DNA from: an uncultured Gemmatimonadales bacterium | GTDB lineage: Bacteria; Gemmatimonadota; Gemmatimonadetes; Gemmatimonadales; GWC2-71-9 | Length of the DNA stretch: 64,000 nt | Reading direction: 5' to 3' | NCBI GenBank assembly: GCA_963739455.1 | Contig: CAVUAK010000002.1 | Coordinates: forward strand, 160,001-224,000 | Shown: piece after piece, positions 1 to 9,416 of the stretch | How the letters are laid out: each line of letters begins with the position of its first letter | How positions within the stretch are numbered: the stretch's first letter is position 1 | Notes under the pieces: generated by a model | Databases searched by the model: none | Told to the model about the DNA's origin: nothing | Seen by the model: only the letters and a program-made list of their open reading frames with translations | Made by a program: the position numbers and the translations under genes

Positions 1-393
1 GAGCGCGGCGGCGTCCTCGGCGCCATGGAGCGCATGTACCAGCGGAGCCGCATCCAGGACGAGTCGCTCACCTACGAGAAGCGGAAGCACGACGGTACGC
101 TCCCGATCATCGGCGTCAACACCTTCCTCGATCCTGCCGGCTCGCCCACCAACACGCCGTCCGAGGTCATCCGGTCGACCGCGGAGGAGAAGGAGTTCGC
201 CATCACCACTCGCGAGGCCTTTGAGGCGCGCAACGCTGGTGAGTCGCCGCTCGCCCTCGCGGCGCTCCGGCACTCGGCGCTCTCGTCTGGAAACGTGTTT
301 GCCCAGCTGATGGAGGCGGCGCAGGTGTGCAGCCTGGGCCAGCTTTCGGCGGCCCTCTATGACGTGGGGGGACAGTACCGCCGCAACATGTAG
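1..393 (+). CDS. icmF: C-terminal part of fused isobutyryl-CoA mutase/GTPase (B12-dependent acyl-CoA mutase), truncated by window edge
   Basis: ERGGVLGAMERMYQRSRIQDES...IIGVNTF...CSLGQ...YDVGGQYRRNM* matches the characteristic IcmF C-terminus; frame is open from base 1. Confidence 0.85.
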   Translation, partial: ERGGVLGAMERMYQRSRIQDESLTYEKRKHDGTLPIIGVNTFLDPAGSPTNTPSEVIRSTAEEKEFAITTREAFEARNAGESPLALAALRHSALSSGNVFAQLMEAAQVCSLGQLSAALYDVGGQYRRNM

Positions 394-396
394 GCG

Positions 397-936
397 CTAG
401 CGATAACTCAGGGCGTATCGCAGGCCGAGGATGAGCTGGAGGGTACGGAGGTTCGAGCCGGGCGTCAGCACGGTGCGGTACTGCACCTCCGCGTAGGGCA
501 TGATGGGGTTGAGCCGAACGTCAAGACCAGCCGATCCATAGAGGGCCGGCGTGATGCCGTTTCCATCGTTGTCCTGCCAGTAGTCCACGCCCACACCAAG
601 CAGTACATACGGGCGTACCATGGCGGCCAGCTGCAGTGGCAGGAACGCCATTCCCATACCAGCCTGCCAGTCACCCACCACCCCGAATGGCGGCCCCTCG
701 ATCTGGTTGGCGCTGTAGCCGACATCGAGCTGCATGCCGAAGTGCGACGAGCCGAAATCGACCCGGGCCACGCCGCCGATGTTCCAGCCCGTACCGAGCG
801 AAACGGAGGACACTCCATATTCGCCCGCCGGTATCGTCACGCCACCGCGAATGCCAAGACTGACCTCCTGGCCCTTCGCAACGGCGCTGGTGCCGGCGAG
901 CCCGCCCAGCACCAGCAACATGCAGCGGACTCTCAC
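397..936 (-). CDS. Outer-membrane beta-barrel protein (OmpA/OmpW-like, about 8 strands)
   Basis: Signal peptide, alternating Gly/aromatic strands, 'RPYVLLGVGV', C-terminal LGLRY strand. Confidence 0.75.
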   Translation of the reverse strand: MRVRCMLLVLGGLAGTSAVAKGQEVSLGIRGGVTIPAGEYGVSSVSLGTGWNIGGVARVDFGSSHFGMQLDVGYSANQIEGPPFGVVGDWQAGMGMAFLPLQLAAMVRPYVLLGVGVDYWQDNDGNGITPALYGSAGLDVRLNPIMPYAEVQYRTVLTPGSNLRTLQLILGLRYALSYR

Positions 937-1473
937 CTAGAACTGGATCCGGACGCCGGCGTTGATCGGGAGGATGTTCAGGTTGTCGCCCGGGTTGAAC
1001 ACCGCATGGAAGCGGGCTTCGGCGAAGAAGCCGATGGGAGACTTGGAGATGGCAAAGTCCGCCCCGGCACCGATGTTCAGCCCGAAATTGCCATCGTACA
1101 TGCCGAGACCGGCAATGGCGTATGGCTCGAGCGCGTGCGATTCAGTCTTGAACTCGTAGACGCCGTTCACCGTGAACTGGAAAATGCTCGAGCTCAGGTC
1201 GATCCAGATGACGTCGAGCTGCACCCCCACCGGCCAGCTGGGGGGCTTGGCCCTGAAGCTGCCGCCGATGTCCCAGCCGAGGCTTCCGGTCGGGGCGAGC
1301 GGAATGACCAGGCCGATGGTCGGCCGGATCTCGAAGCTGTATTCCTTGGCCGCTGCCTTGAGCGGGCTTGGCTTGGCCGCTGCCGCGGCGGGTGCCTGGT
1401 CCTGGGCCTCGGCGCGTGGTGCCAGCAGCGGGAGCGCGCAGAGTGCCATGGCCAGCCGGATCGTCTTGCCCAT
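937..1473 (-). CDS. Outer-membrane beta-barrel protein
   Basis: Start MGKTIRL after GGAG; signal peptide ending AEA; 'EPYAIAGLG', 'FFAEARFH', terminal 'GVRIQF' beta-signal. Confidence 0.8.
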   Translation of the reverse strand: MGKTIRLAMALCALPLLAPRAEAQDQAPAAAAAKPSPLKAAAKEYSFEIRPTIGLVIPLAPTGSLGWDIGGSFRAKPPSWPVGVQLDVIWIDLSSSIFQFTVNGVYEFKTESHALEPYAIAGLGMYDGNFGLNIGAGADFAISKSPIGFFAEARFHAVFNPGDNLNILPINAGVRIQF

Positions 1474-1540
1474 CGGATCTCCAGAATCGGTGAAGGTGTT
1501 CAACATAGACAACCTGTGCGCGGTGCGCGACGCCCGCGGC

Positions 1541-2300
1541 CTAGCGCGACAGGAACCGGGCGATGGCGTCCCGAAAGTCCGTGGTGGTGCGCGCCAGCGC
1601 GTTGATCCGTGCGCCCAGCGCAATTCCGTCGGCGACACTGGCACCGTCCAGTTCGTGGAACAGCTTCTTGGTGAGGTGCAGTGCCGAGGGACTCGCGCCC
1701 GCCAGCCCGTCGATCAACACCTGTGCCGCCGCATCGAACGTGGCATCGGGCTCCACGCGTGTCACCAGTCCAGCGGCCCTTGCCTCTGCCGCTCCCAGCA
1801 CTCGCCCCGTGGCGACGAGGTCGAAGGCGAGCTTCTCGCCCGTCAGCCGCCGCAGGAAGACCATCACCATCGCCGGCACGAAGCCGCGCTGGATCTCGGG
1901 ATAGCCGAGCTGCGCTGACTCGGCCGCCAGCACGACATCGCAGGCCGTCGCCAGGCCGGCGCCGCCCGGCCAGCGCGCGACCCCTGACCAGCGCCACGAC
2001 GGGGCGCGGGCAGGCGCGAAGACGCCCGAGCAGTGTGCCGAGGCGGAGCGCGTCACGCTCGTTGTCGGCGGGCGCACGATCGGCCGATGCAAGCAGCTCG
2101 TCCAGGTCGGCGCCGGCGCAGAAATCACGGCCCGCACCCTGGATCACCACGACGCGCACCTCCGGGTCGAGGTCGACGCTGTCGAGGGCTGCATGCAGCG
2201 CCTCCACCATGGCACCGTTGAGCGCGTTGCGCTTGTCGGGCCGGTTGAGGGTGAGCCACAGGACGCTCGCGCGCCGCTCGGAGAGAAGGACTTCGCTCAC
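1541..2300 (-). CDS. Enoyl-CoA hydratase/isomerase (methylglutaconyl-CoA hydratase-like); one frameshift near 1965
   Basis: LNRPDKRNAL, FCAGADL, then GGAGLATACD and GYPE.QRGFVP in the second frame. Confidence 0.85.
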
Positions 2301-5160
2301 TTCGAGGCCGCGCCGGCGGCGGGCAGGAGCACGGCCTCGGTGGCCCAGATCTCGTCATCGCCGGTGCGGGCCAGCACCAGCCCGATCGGTACGTAGCCCA
2401 CCGGAGTCGGCCGCGCGCTGCCGGTTGGCGAGAATCGCATCATCCGCGACTCGCCCGGGCCCAAGCGTCAGGGCACGTTCATCGGCCGGGCTCAAGGACT
2501 GGGCTGAATCGGCGTAGAAGCGGATGGACACGTCGAGCGCCCACGGTGCCGCGTCGTCGGGCAGCGCGAATCCGGGGAACATCGAGAGGGTCATGCGCTG
2601 CGCCCCGTGACCGGCGTCGAGTTCGTGCTCTACCCGGCCGAACGAATAGTTGAGCGGCGCCTTTGCCAGCTGGTGCCCGGCCGAGTCGAACAGGCTGAGA
2701 CCAAAGTCGGTGATAGCGACCCCACTCGCCGCGCGGCATCTGGACATCGACCTGGACGCCGCGCGCCCACACGGGAACCTCGAGCACCACGTCACGCCGC
2801 GCGCTGCCTGCCGACTGCACCTTCTCTACCCGTCCGGCGCCCACGAACGCCGCACCGATTTCGGCCCGCACGCCGTCGCGCGTCAGGTTGGTGACCGACG
2901 CCTCGAGGCCAGTTCCGCTGGCAACCATCCCCATTCGCACCGGCGCCCGCAGGATGTTGATGTCGACGCGGCGCTCTCGAACTGCGAGGCCTGGACCACC
3001 AGTTCGTAGGTGCCCGGCATGGCATCCCGCGCAAGGACGTCATACACGGCGGCCTGATCGCCGTCGCCCGCAGGCCTCGACTGGTTGTCGCGGTACGGCA
3101 TTCCCCCCGGCTCGTGCAGGTAGGCCAGTGGCGGTGAGGCGGCGCCCGAGCGCACGCGTACCGTGAACGCCTGGCCGGAATCGATCGTGAACGGCACCCG
3201 GACCCATTGGCCGGTCGCGATCCGGACCTGCTTGAGATCGATGTCCGGGTCGCCGTAAGGCACCACCACCGTGGTCACCAGGCGAACCAGCGGTCCCGCC
3301 AGCGTGTCCGTGCCCCATCCGGAAATGACGCCGACATAGACGCCCGGCTTGGCCAGCGATGCAGCGCGGAGGCGCGCCTCGACGACGACAGAATCCGCGC
3401 CCAGCGTCACGCCGGGAGGCGCCTCGAGCCAGGGAACGGAGCTGCGGAACCTGAGCGCGGCAGGACCCTTCCCGCCTTCGCGCCGCAGTACGAATCGCTG
3501 GGCGCCGGGCTTTCCGTTGTCGAGCGCGGCATTGATGAATGCCGCGGAGGTGCCACCCGTGCTGGTGACGGCAACAACCGGAACGTCCGGGCGTGAACGC
3601 AGCCACGCCCACGCGCTCGACAGGTCCGGCACCCCGGTTCCCTCGTCCACGAACGTGGCGCCGCTCAGCGGCTGCGCCGTCACCATGAGCGCCTGCCGGA
3701 TCGTCCATGCGGAGGGCGACTTTCCTCCCTGGCGCGCGGCAGAAAAGAGCCGTGCCGCCAGCCCCGCCGCATGCGGCGAGGCCATGCTGGTGCCACCCTC
3801 GCGCTCTCCACCACGGTCCCACAGCGGAACGGTCGAATAGGCCACACCAGGCGTGACGATGTCGGGACCTGCCACCTCGCCACCGCGCGCGCTGAAGTCG
3901 GCGATGGTGGTGGCCGGTTCCGGGTCGGATGCCGTCGCGGTGAGGAACACCCCGGGAAAGAGCGCGCCCACCGAGATGATGCGGCTCGCGGACCCGGGGA
4001 AGCCAAGCGTCGAGAGCCCCGGGCCGTCGTTCCCGGCGCTGACGGTGAAGACCACCGCCGGATGCGCCGCCAGGGCAGAGTCGATGAGGTGATCGATGCG
4101 CGCCTGGCCCTCAATTTCGTTCCCCACGCCAAAGCTCATGTTGATGACGAGTGGCATGCGGCGCGACTCGGCAAACCGTATGGCATAGTCCATTGCGCGT
4201 ATCATGCTGCCGGTGCGGGAAATGCCACCCTGCGCATTGTCGGCGATCTTGAGGCCAATGAGCTGGGCGCCGGGTGCCACGCCGTCGAAGCCCTTCACGC
4301 CGTACAGGTCGTGCCCCGCCGCAATCCCGGACACGTGCGACCCATGCGCACTGGTGTCGAAGAAGAGGTCGAGAACGGGCTGCCCGTCCTGCTCGGCGAG
4401 GTTGACGGCGATGTTGACAAACGGCGTGGCGCCGTTCGGCGCCCAGCCGAACGTCTCTCGCGCAACGAGGTAGTCGTGCACGGCGCTGTCGTCGCGCAGG
4501 GAGCCGTCGCCGTTCGTGTCGGCAAACAGCACCCATCCATCGGTGGCGCGGGTGACGACGACGAGCAGCGTGTCGGACACGTCACCATCGCCATTCAGGT
4601 CGGCGGCCTCCGGGTCGCCCAGCGCCAGCTCGGCGATGGAGCCGCCGTACCACGGGCCATCGACGTCGATCGAGCGCACATGCGAGAACCCGCCCAAGGC
4701 GCTTTCCGGCAATCACCACCGTGTCGCCCACCGGCGTGAGGCGCGTCAGTGCGATCCTGCCCTCACCGGAGAAATCGCGCAGGTCGAGAATCTTGCGGTC
4801 ACCGGTGCTGGTCAGCAGCAGGCCGGGAATGGTGGGATCGATGCCGCTGTCGAGGATCGCAATGAGCACCCCTCGCCCGTCGAACGTGGGGTGCTGCGCG
4901 GCGAACGCGTTCACTCCAGTGGCGGTGAGCGGCATCCATCCGCGGCGAAACGCGGCGTCGGGGGCGAGCACCGGCGGGGGCAACTTGCGCTGCTTCGAAA
5001 CCACGGCGGGCGGCCCGGAAGGTTGGGCAGCGGGCGGTTGGGCGGGAGCCGGTGTCGCCGGCGACACCGGTTGATGGCCCGAGGGCGTACAGGCGCCCAG
5101 GGCAAAGAGGAGGAGCGAGATTGTCGACGGTCGGACCCTGACGGCGGGAATCGGGCTCAT
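2297..5160 (-). CDS. S8 subtilase, tripeptidyl-peptidase II-like, predicted lipoprotein; several frameshifts (about 4705, 2970, 2715, 2400)
   Basis: Lipobox LGAC; FDGRGVLIAILDSGIDP (Asp), HGSHVSGIAAG (His), SAGNDGP (oxyanion Asn), GTSMASPH (Ser). Confidence 0.85.
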
Positions 5161-5747
5161 TGGAGCTGATGGCGCCCCTTCAGCAGCACAATGATGCCGA
5201 TGTTCATGTTGATGTAGGCGCCCTCACGCGGATCGGGCCCGAAGATGCCCAGCATCCTGAAGTCGATGAGCGGTGCGATGCGGGAATGATCACTCTTGAA
5301 GGCGATGCCTCCGCCCAGCACGATGCCGAATGCCGTTTGCGATCCGTAGTTGTCGATGGTTCGCGGATCCTGGACCGAAAGTCGGTTGATCGCCCCGCCG
5401 AGCAGGAAGTAGGGCTCGATCGGCGACGCGTCGAGCTCCACCTGGTAAACGACCGACAACGCGCCGGTCAGGATGTTGAGCCCCCGGTCGGAGATGTTGT
5501 CGTTGTTCCGGTTGTAACTGGAGTAGGTGCCGTCAAACTGGAGGCCGAAGTTCCACTTCCCCGGGACGACCCGGATGCTGCCGCCCGCCGTCCAGCCGGG
5601 GACATACAGCCTGTTCGCGTCGTTGGTAGGGAGACTGAGGCCCAGCAAGCCACCGACGTCGATCTCGGTCACCTGGGCCTCGGACACCCTGGCGATGCCC
5701 ATCAGCGCCACAAACGCGAATCCCAGTCCCTTGGTCAGCAGTCGCAC
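5157..5747 (-). CDS. Outer-membrane beta-barrel protein
   Basis: Signal peptide ending SEA, 'FGLQFDG', 'EPYFLLGG', amphipathic strands. Confidence 0.7.
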   Translation of the reverse strand: MRLLTKGLGFAFVALMGIARVSEAQVTEIDVGGLLGLSLPTNDANRLYVPGWTAGGSIRVVPGKWNFGLQFDGTYSSYNRNNDNISDRGLNILTGALSVVYQVELDASPIEPYFLLGGAINRLSVQDPRTIDNYGSQTAFGIVLGGGIAFKSDHSRIAPLIDFRMLGIFGPDPREGAYINMNIGIIVLLKGRHQLQ

Positions 5748-5762
5748 ATCGTCCCCCTTCGA

Positions 5763-7424
5763 CTACGCAAAGTGAGGTAAGTCCATCGGTGGCAGCACGA
5801 ACGGGCCGAGATGCGGCCCGGCATACCGGGCGGTGACCTGCAGGAGGAATGCCACCTGGTCGCGGGTCTCCTCCGCCGTCACGATGGCGTCCACGAATCC
5901 CCGCGCCGCGGCATAGCGGGCATCGAGCTGGTGTTCATAGTCGGCACGCATCTCGGCGACCGACGACTGGACCGGTGCGGGAAGCGGGGTCCCCGCGGCC
6001 TGGGCCTTGGTGATCTCGGCCCCGTGGACCGCCATGACCGCTGACTCTCCCTCCATCACCGCCATCCGCCCCGTTGGCCAGGAGATGATGAAGTCAGGGT
6101 CGAACCCCTGCCCGGCCATGGCATAGTACCCGGCGCCGGAGGCGTGATTCACGGTGAGCACAATCTTCGGCACCGTCGCCGTGGCCATTGCCTCCACGAA
6201 GTGCGCACCGGCCCGGATGATCCCCGAGTGCTCTGCATCAGCGCCGACCATGAAACCGCTGACATCCTGCACGAACAGGATCGGCAGCCGCTCCCGGTTG
6301 GCGGTCTCGATGAAGAACGCGGTCTTCTCGGCGCTCTCGGTATAGATGATGCCCCCGAACCGCGGCCGCTCGCCCTCGCGGCCCTTGATGATGCCTCGCG
6401 AGTTGGCGATGACGGCCACCGGCCATCCCTCGATGTGTCCATGGCCGCAGATCATCTCCCGGGCCAGGTCGGGCTGGAACTCATCCAGCGTGCCGCCATC
6501 AAGCAGGCAGGCAAGTACCTGCCGGGCATCATACGACAAGCGGTGGTCGTGCGGCAGGATGTCGTTGAGATCGGCCGGATCACGGGCGGGCGGCACGCTG
6601 TCGCGCCGCGCGTGCTGCAGTCCACCAGCGACCGGCAGCCGGCCGACGTACTCACGAATGCGTGCCAGGCACTCCACATCATTCGGTGCCCGGTAGTGTG
6701 CCACCGCACTGAGCTCGGTGTGTGTCCTGGCACCGCCGAGCGTCTCGGCGTCGATCGTCTGGCCCGTGGCTCCCTTCACCAGGTTGGGCCCGCCCAGGCC
6801 CATGAAGCTGGTGCCCTCGACCATGAAGATCACGTCACTCAGCGCCGGCAGGTAGGCGCCGCCAGCGATGCAGCTGCCCATGACTGCGCTGATCTGCGGC
6901 ACGCGCAGGTAGCGCCGCATGAGGGAATTGTAGTAAAAGATGCGCGCCGCCCCGTACTGCCCCGGGAACACACCCTCCTGGTACGGCAGGTTCACTCCGG
7001 CGCTGTCCACCAGGTAAATGATCGGGATCCGCTGGCGCATGGCAACTTCCTGCGCCCGGAGGATCTTCGTGATCGTCTCCGGCCACCAGCTGCCCGCCTT
7101 CACCGTGGCATCGTTCGCCACCACCACGACCTCCCGCCCCTCCACCACGCCCACCCCGGTGATGACCCCGGCGCCAGGGGCCTGGCCGTCGTAGCGATCA
7201 TGTGCGACCAGGAGACCGATCTCGAGCCAGGGTGCGCCGGGGTCGAGCAGCGTCGTCACGCGCTCGCGCGGACTCAACTGCCCCTTCTCGTGCATGCGCT
7301 TGACGCGCGCGGCGCCGCCACCTTCACGGAGCCTGGCGGCAAGCGCCTGGTACTCTGCCGTCAGGGTCCGCAGGCGGCTCGGCTTGGCCGCTGGTGCCTC
7401 GTCCTTGGACCGGGGTCGCGCCAT
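5763..7424 (-). CDS. Acyl-CoA carboxylase beta (carboxyltransferase) subunit, methylcrotonyl-CoA carboxylase-like
   Basis: ANDATVKAGSW, LVDSAGVNLP, CIAGGAYLP, GLGGPNLVK, DVSGFMVG, GAGYYAM. Confidence 0.9.
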   Translation of the reverse strand: MARPRSKDEAPAAKPSRLRTLTAEYQALAARLREGGGAARVKRMHEKGQLSPRERVTTLLDPGAPWLEIGLLVAHDRYDGQAPGAGVITGVGVVEGREVVVVANDATVKAGSWWPETITKILRAQEVAMRQRIPIIYLVDSAGVNLPYQEGVFPGQYGAARIFYYNSLMRRYLRVPQISAVMGSCIAGGAYLPALSDVIFMVEGTSFMGLGGPNLVKGATGQTIDAETLGGARTHTELSAVAHYRAPNDVECLARIREYVGRLPVAGGLQHARRDSVPPARDPADLNDILPHDHRLSYDARQVLACLLDGGTLDEFQPDLAREMICGHGHIEGWPVAVIANSRGIIKGREGERPRFGGIIYTESAEKTAFFIETANRERLPILFVQDVSGFMVGADAEHSGIIRAGAHFVEAMATATVPKIVLTVNHASGAGYYAMAGQGFDPDFIISWPTGRMAVMEGESAVMAVHGAEITKAQAAGTPLPAPVQSSVAEMRADYEHQLDARYAAARGFVDAIVTAEETRDQVAFLLQVTARYAGPHLGPFVLPPMDLPHFA

Positions 7425-7454
7425 CGTTACAGGCTCATTGAGAAAGGAGGCGAA

Positions 7455-8138
7455 TCACGCTGCACGGGCGGCGAGCAGCCGGTCGGCAAGTTCGGCCACG
7501 GAGCGGACGGTCCGCGCGTCCCGACCTGAGTGCTCGCCAGTCGGGTCGAGCAGGACAACGTCGAGCCCGGCGGCCCGGGCACCCACCACGTCGACCTCAT
7601 AAAGGTCGCCAACGTAAAGTGCGTCGGCGGCGCTCACACCCATGCGCTCGAGCGCGATCTGGAAGATCCGCGGGTCGGGCTTCTCCACGCCGACTTCGGC
7701 GGAGTCGATGACGAACTCGAATGCGCCCAGCAGTCCGCCGGCCGCGAGGGCTGCCGCCGCCCGCCCATCACTGTTCGACACCACAGCGAGCCGGATGCCG
7801 GCCTGCTTGAGGCGCTGGAGCGCCTCGCGTGTGCCAGGAACTGTGCAGCCCCAGAGGTGCGCCAGGCGATGCAGGTCGAGGAGCGCTTCCTTCAATTCCT
7901 CCGTGCGACTGGCAGGGACCCCCGCCCGCTCGAACAGCGTCAGCAGGAACACGGTGCCACGCTCCCGGTCCGTCAGCCTCCCCTGCTCCATGGCACGCGC
8001 CGCTGCCGTCGCATGCTGCCGCAACCCGGACTCGGTGAGCGGCAAGTCGAGCGCGGTACCGATGGCCGCGGCCAGCCGCCCGTAGTCGAGAAAGACCAGC
8101 GTATTCCCGGCGTCGAACAGCACGGCTGACGGGTTCAA
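7455..8138 (-). CDS. HAD-superfamily hydrolase
   Basis: FDAGNTL, VVSNSD, EKPDPRIF, VGDLYEVDVVGA. Confidence 0.9.
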   Translation of the reverse strand: MNPSAVLFDAGNTLVFLDYGRLAAAIGTALDLPLTESGLRQHATAAARAMEQGRLTDRERGTVFLLTLFERAGVPASRTEELKEALLDLHRLAHLWGCTVPGTREALQRLKQAGIRLAVVSNSDGRAAAALAAGGLLGAFEFVIDSAEVGVEKPDPRIFQIALERMGVSAADALYVGDLYEVDVVGARAAGLDVVLLDPTGEHSGRDARTVRSVAELADRLLAARAA

Positions 8139-9328
8139 CGGAATCGCAGGAGGGCGCCAAGTCCGTCGATGCGCGCCGCAGCTTCCGGTTCGAAGATGAC
8201 GTTGACCTCCACCCGCTGGCCCAGCGCATCCTCGATGGCATCATCGACCACGTCGACCACCGCCACCGCTTCTGCCTCGCCCCGGCACTCGCGGGCGTCG
8301 AGCACGAGGCGTCCACCAGGGCCGCAGCGAAATCCCGGCTCGCTCGCATCGGCTGCCACGAGGAGCGTGCGGACCTGGCCACGCGCCAGCGCCGCAAGCG
8401 TATCGGAGACCCCGCTCACGGCCCAGCCTTCCCCGGCGCGCTGGCGCACCTCCTCGACGAGGATGCGCTCTTCCTCGCGCTTGAACAGTTCCCGTGCCGC
8501 CAGTGCCGCTTCATGCACGGCGGCGGGAGTCACGTCGCGCGCGTTCAGCTTGATCGATGCCACCACTCGCTCTTGCAGCGATTGGTGAAGGAAGGGCGTC
8601 AGGGCCGCCGCATCGGCGCCCGTGCCTGCTACCAGGATGCCATGGGCCGGTGCCGCGCGATCCAGGGTGAAGAGCGCCCGGGCCACCGCGTCGTAGTGCC
8701 GCTGCTTCTCCTCACGGATGCGATTGTTATAGTGATACTCGCCCCAGCCTGGAGCGTCCTGGTCGGCGCGGAAGCGCCCACCGCGTGTGGATGAGGCCGT
8801 GAGTGCTGCCACTTCCCTCGCTTCGGCTGCCGTAACCTCGAAAATGCGCGCACTGGAGCGATCCGTCACCACGGCGTAGAGCCGGCCGAATTCCTCCTGT
8901 GCCGCCACCAGTTCGCGCACGAGGGGCGACTTGTCGACCGCGAGCCGGGAGCGATGCACGGAGGGCAGGGCCACTGCCTCGAACAGCTTGATGGCACTGC
9001 AGGCGAAAAGGGCAATGCCATTCGCGGACGGGAGGTTGCCCGGCGTGCTGAGGTACTGCTGGATCCGGTCGATGTCGGCCAGCACCGTCTCGGCGGCCGC
9101 GCGGTCCAGCCCCAGTCGTGGCAGCGCGCGCTGCAGGTCGCGCACGCGATTCTTGAGCTTGATGAGGAACTTGTTCCGCGAACGGTCGCGCGGCTCGATC
9201 TTGAGGTAGCAGGACACCACCCAGTGCGGGCCGGGACGGATCGCCTCGAGCCGGGTCATCACCGCCGCAATGGTCGCCTGCTTGCTCCGGCTTCCTGCCG
9301 GGGTCCGTGTCTTTGTCGAAGTCTTCAT
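8135..9328 (-). CDS. Bacterial aeRF1/Pelota-fold (baeRF) protein lacking GGQ
   Basis: Three-domain aeRF1-like layout; domain 3 'AVSGVSDTLAALARGQVRTLLV...IDGLGALLRFR'; start MKTSTK at 9328. Confidence 0.75.
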   Translation of the reverse strand: MKTSTKTRTPAGSRSKQATIAAVMTRLEAIRPGPHWVVSCYLKIEPRDRSRNKFLIKLKNRVRDLQRALPRLGLDRAAAETVLADIDRIQQYLSTPGNLPSANGIALFACSAIKLFEAVALPSVHRSRLAVDKSPLVRELVAAQEEFGRLYAVVTDRSSARIFEVTAAEAREVAALTASSTRGGRFRADQDAPGWGEYHYNNRIREEKQRHYDAVARALFTLDRAAPAHGILVAGTGADAAALTPFLHQSLQERVVASIKLNARDVTPAAVHEAALAARELFKREEERILVEEVRQRAGEGWAVSGVSDTLAALARGQVRTLLVAADASEPGFRCGPGGRLVLDARECRGEAEAVAVVDVVDDAIEDALGQRVEVNVIFEPEAAARIDGLGALLRFR

Positions 9329-9416
9329 GGTGACTCTTTCTCCAGTCGCCCCCGGGTCGGGGATGCGAAAGGTGTTGCGTCCGGACTGGGGGAGCAAGCG
9401 CCCCAGCATCTGGTCG

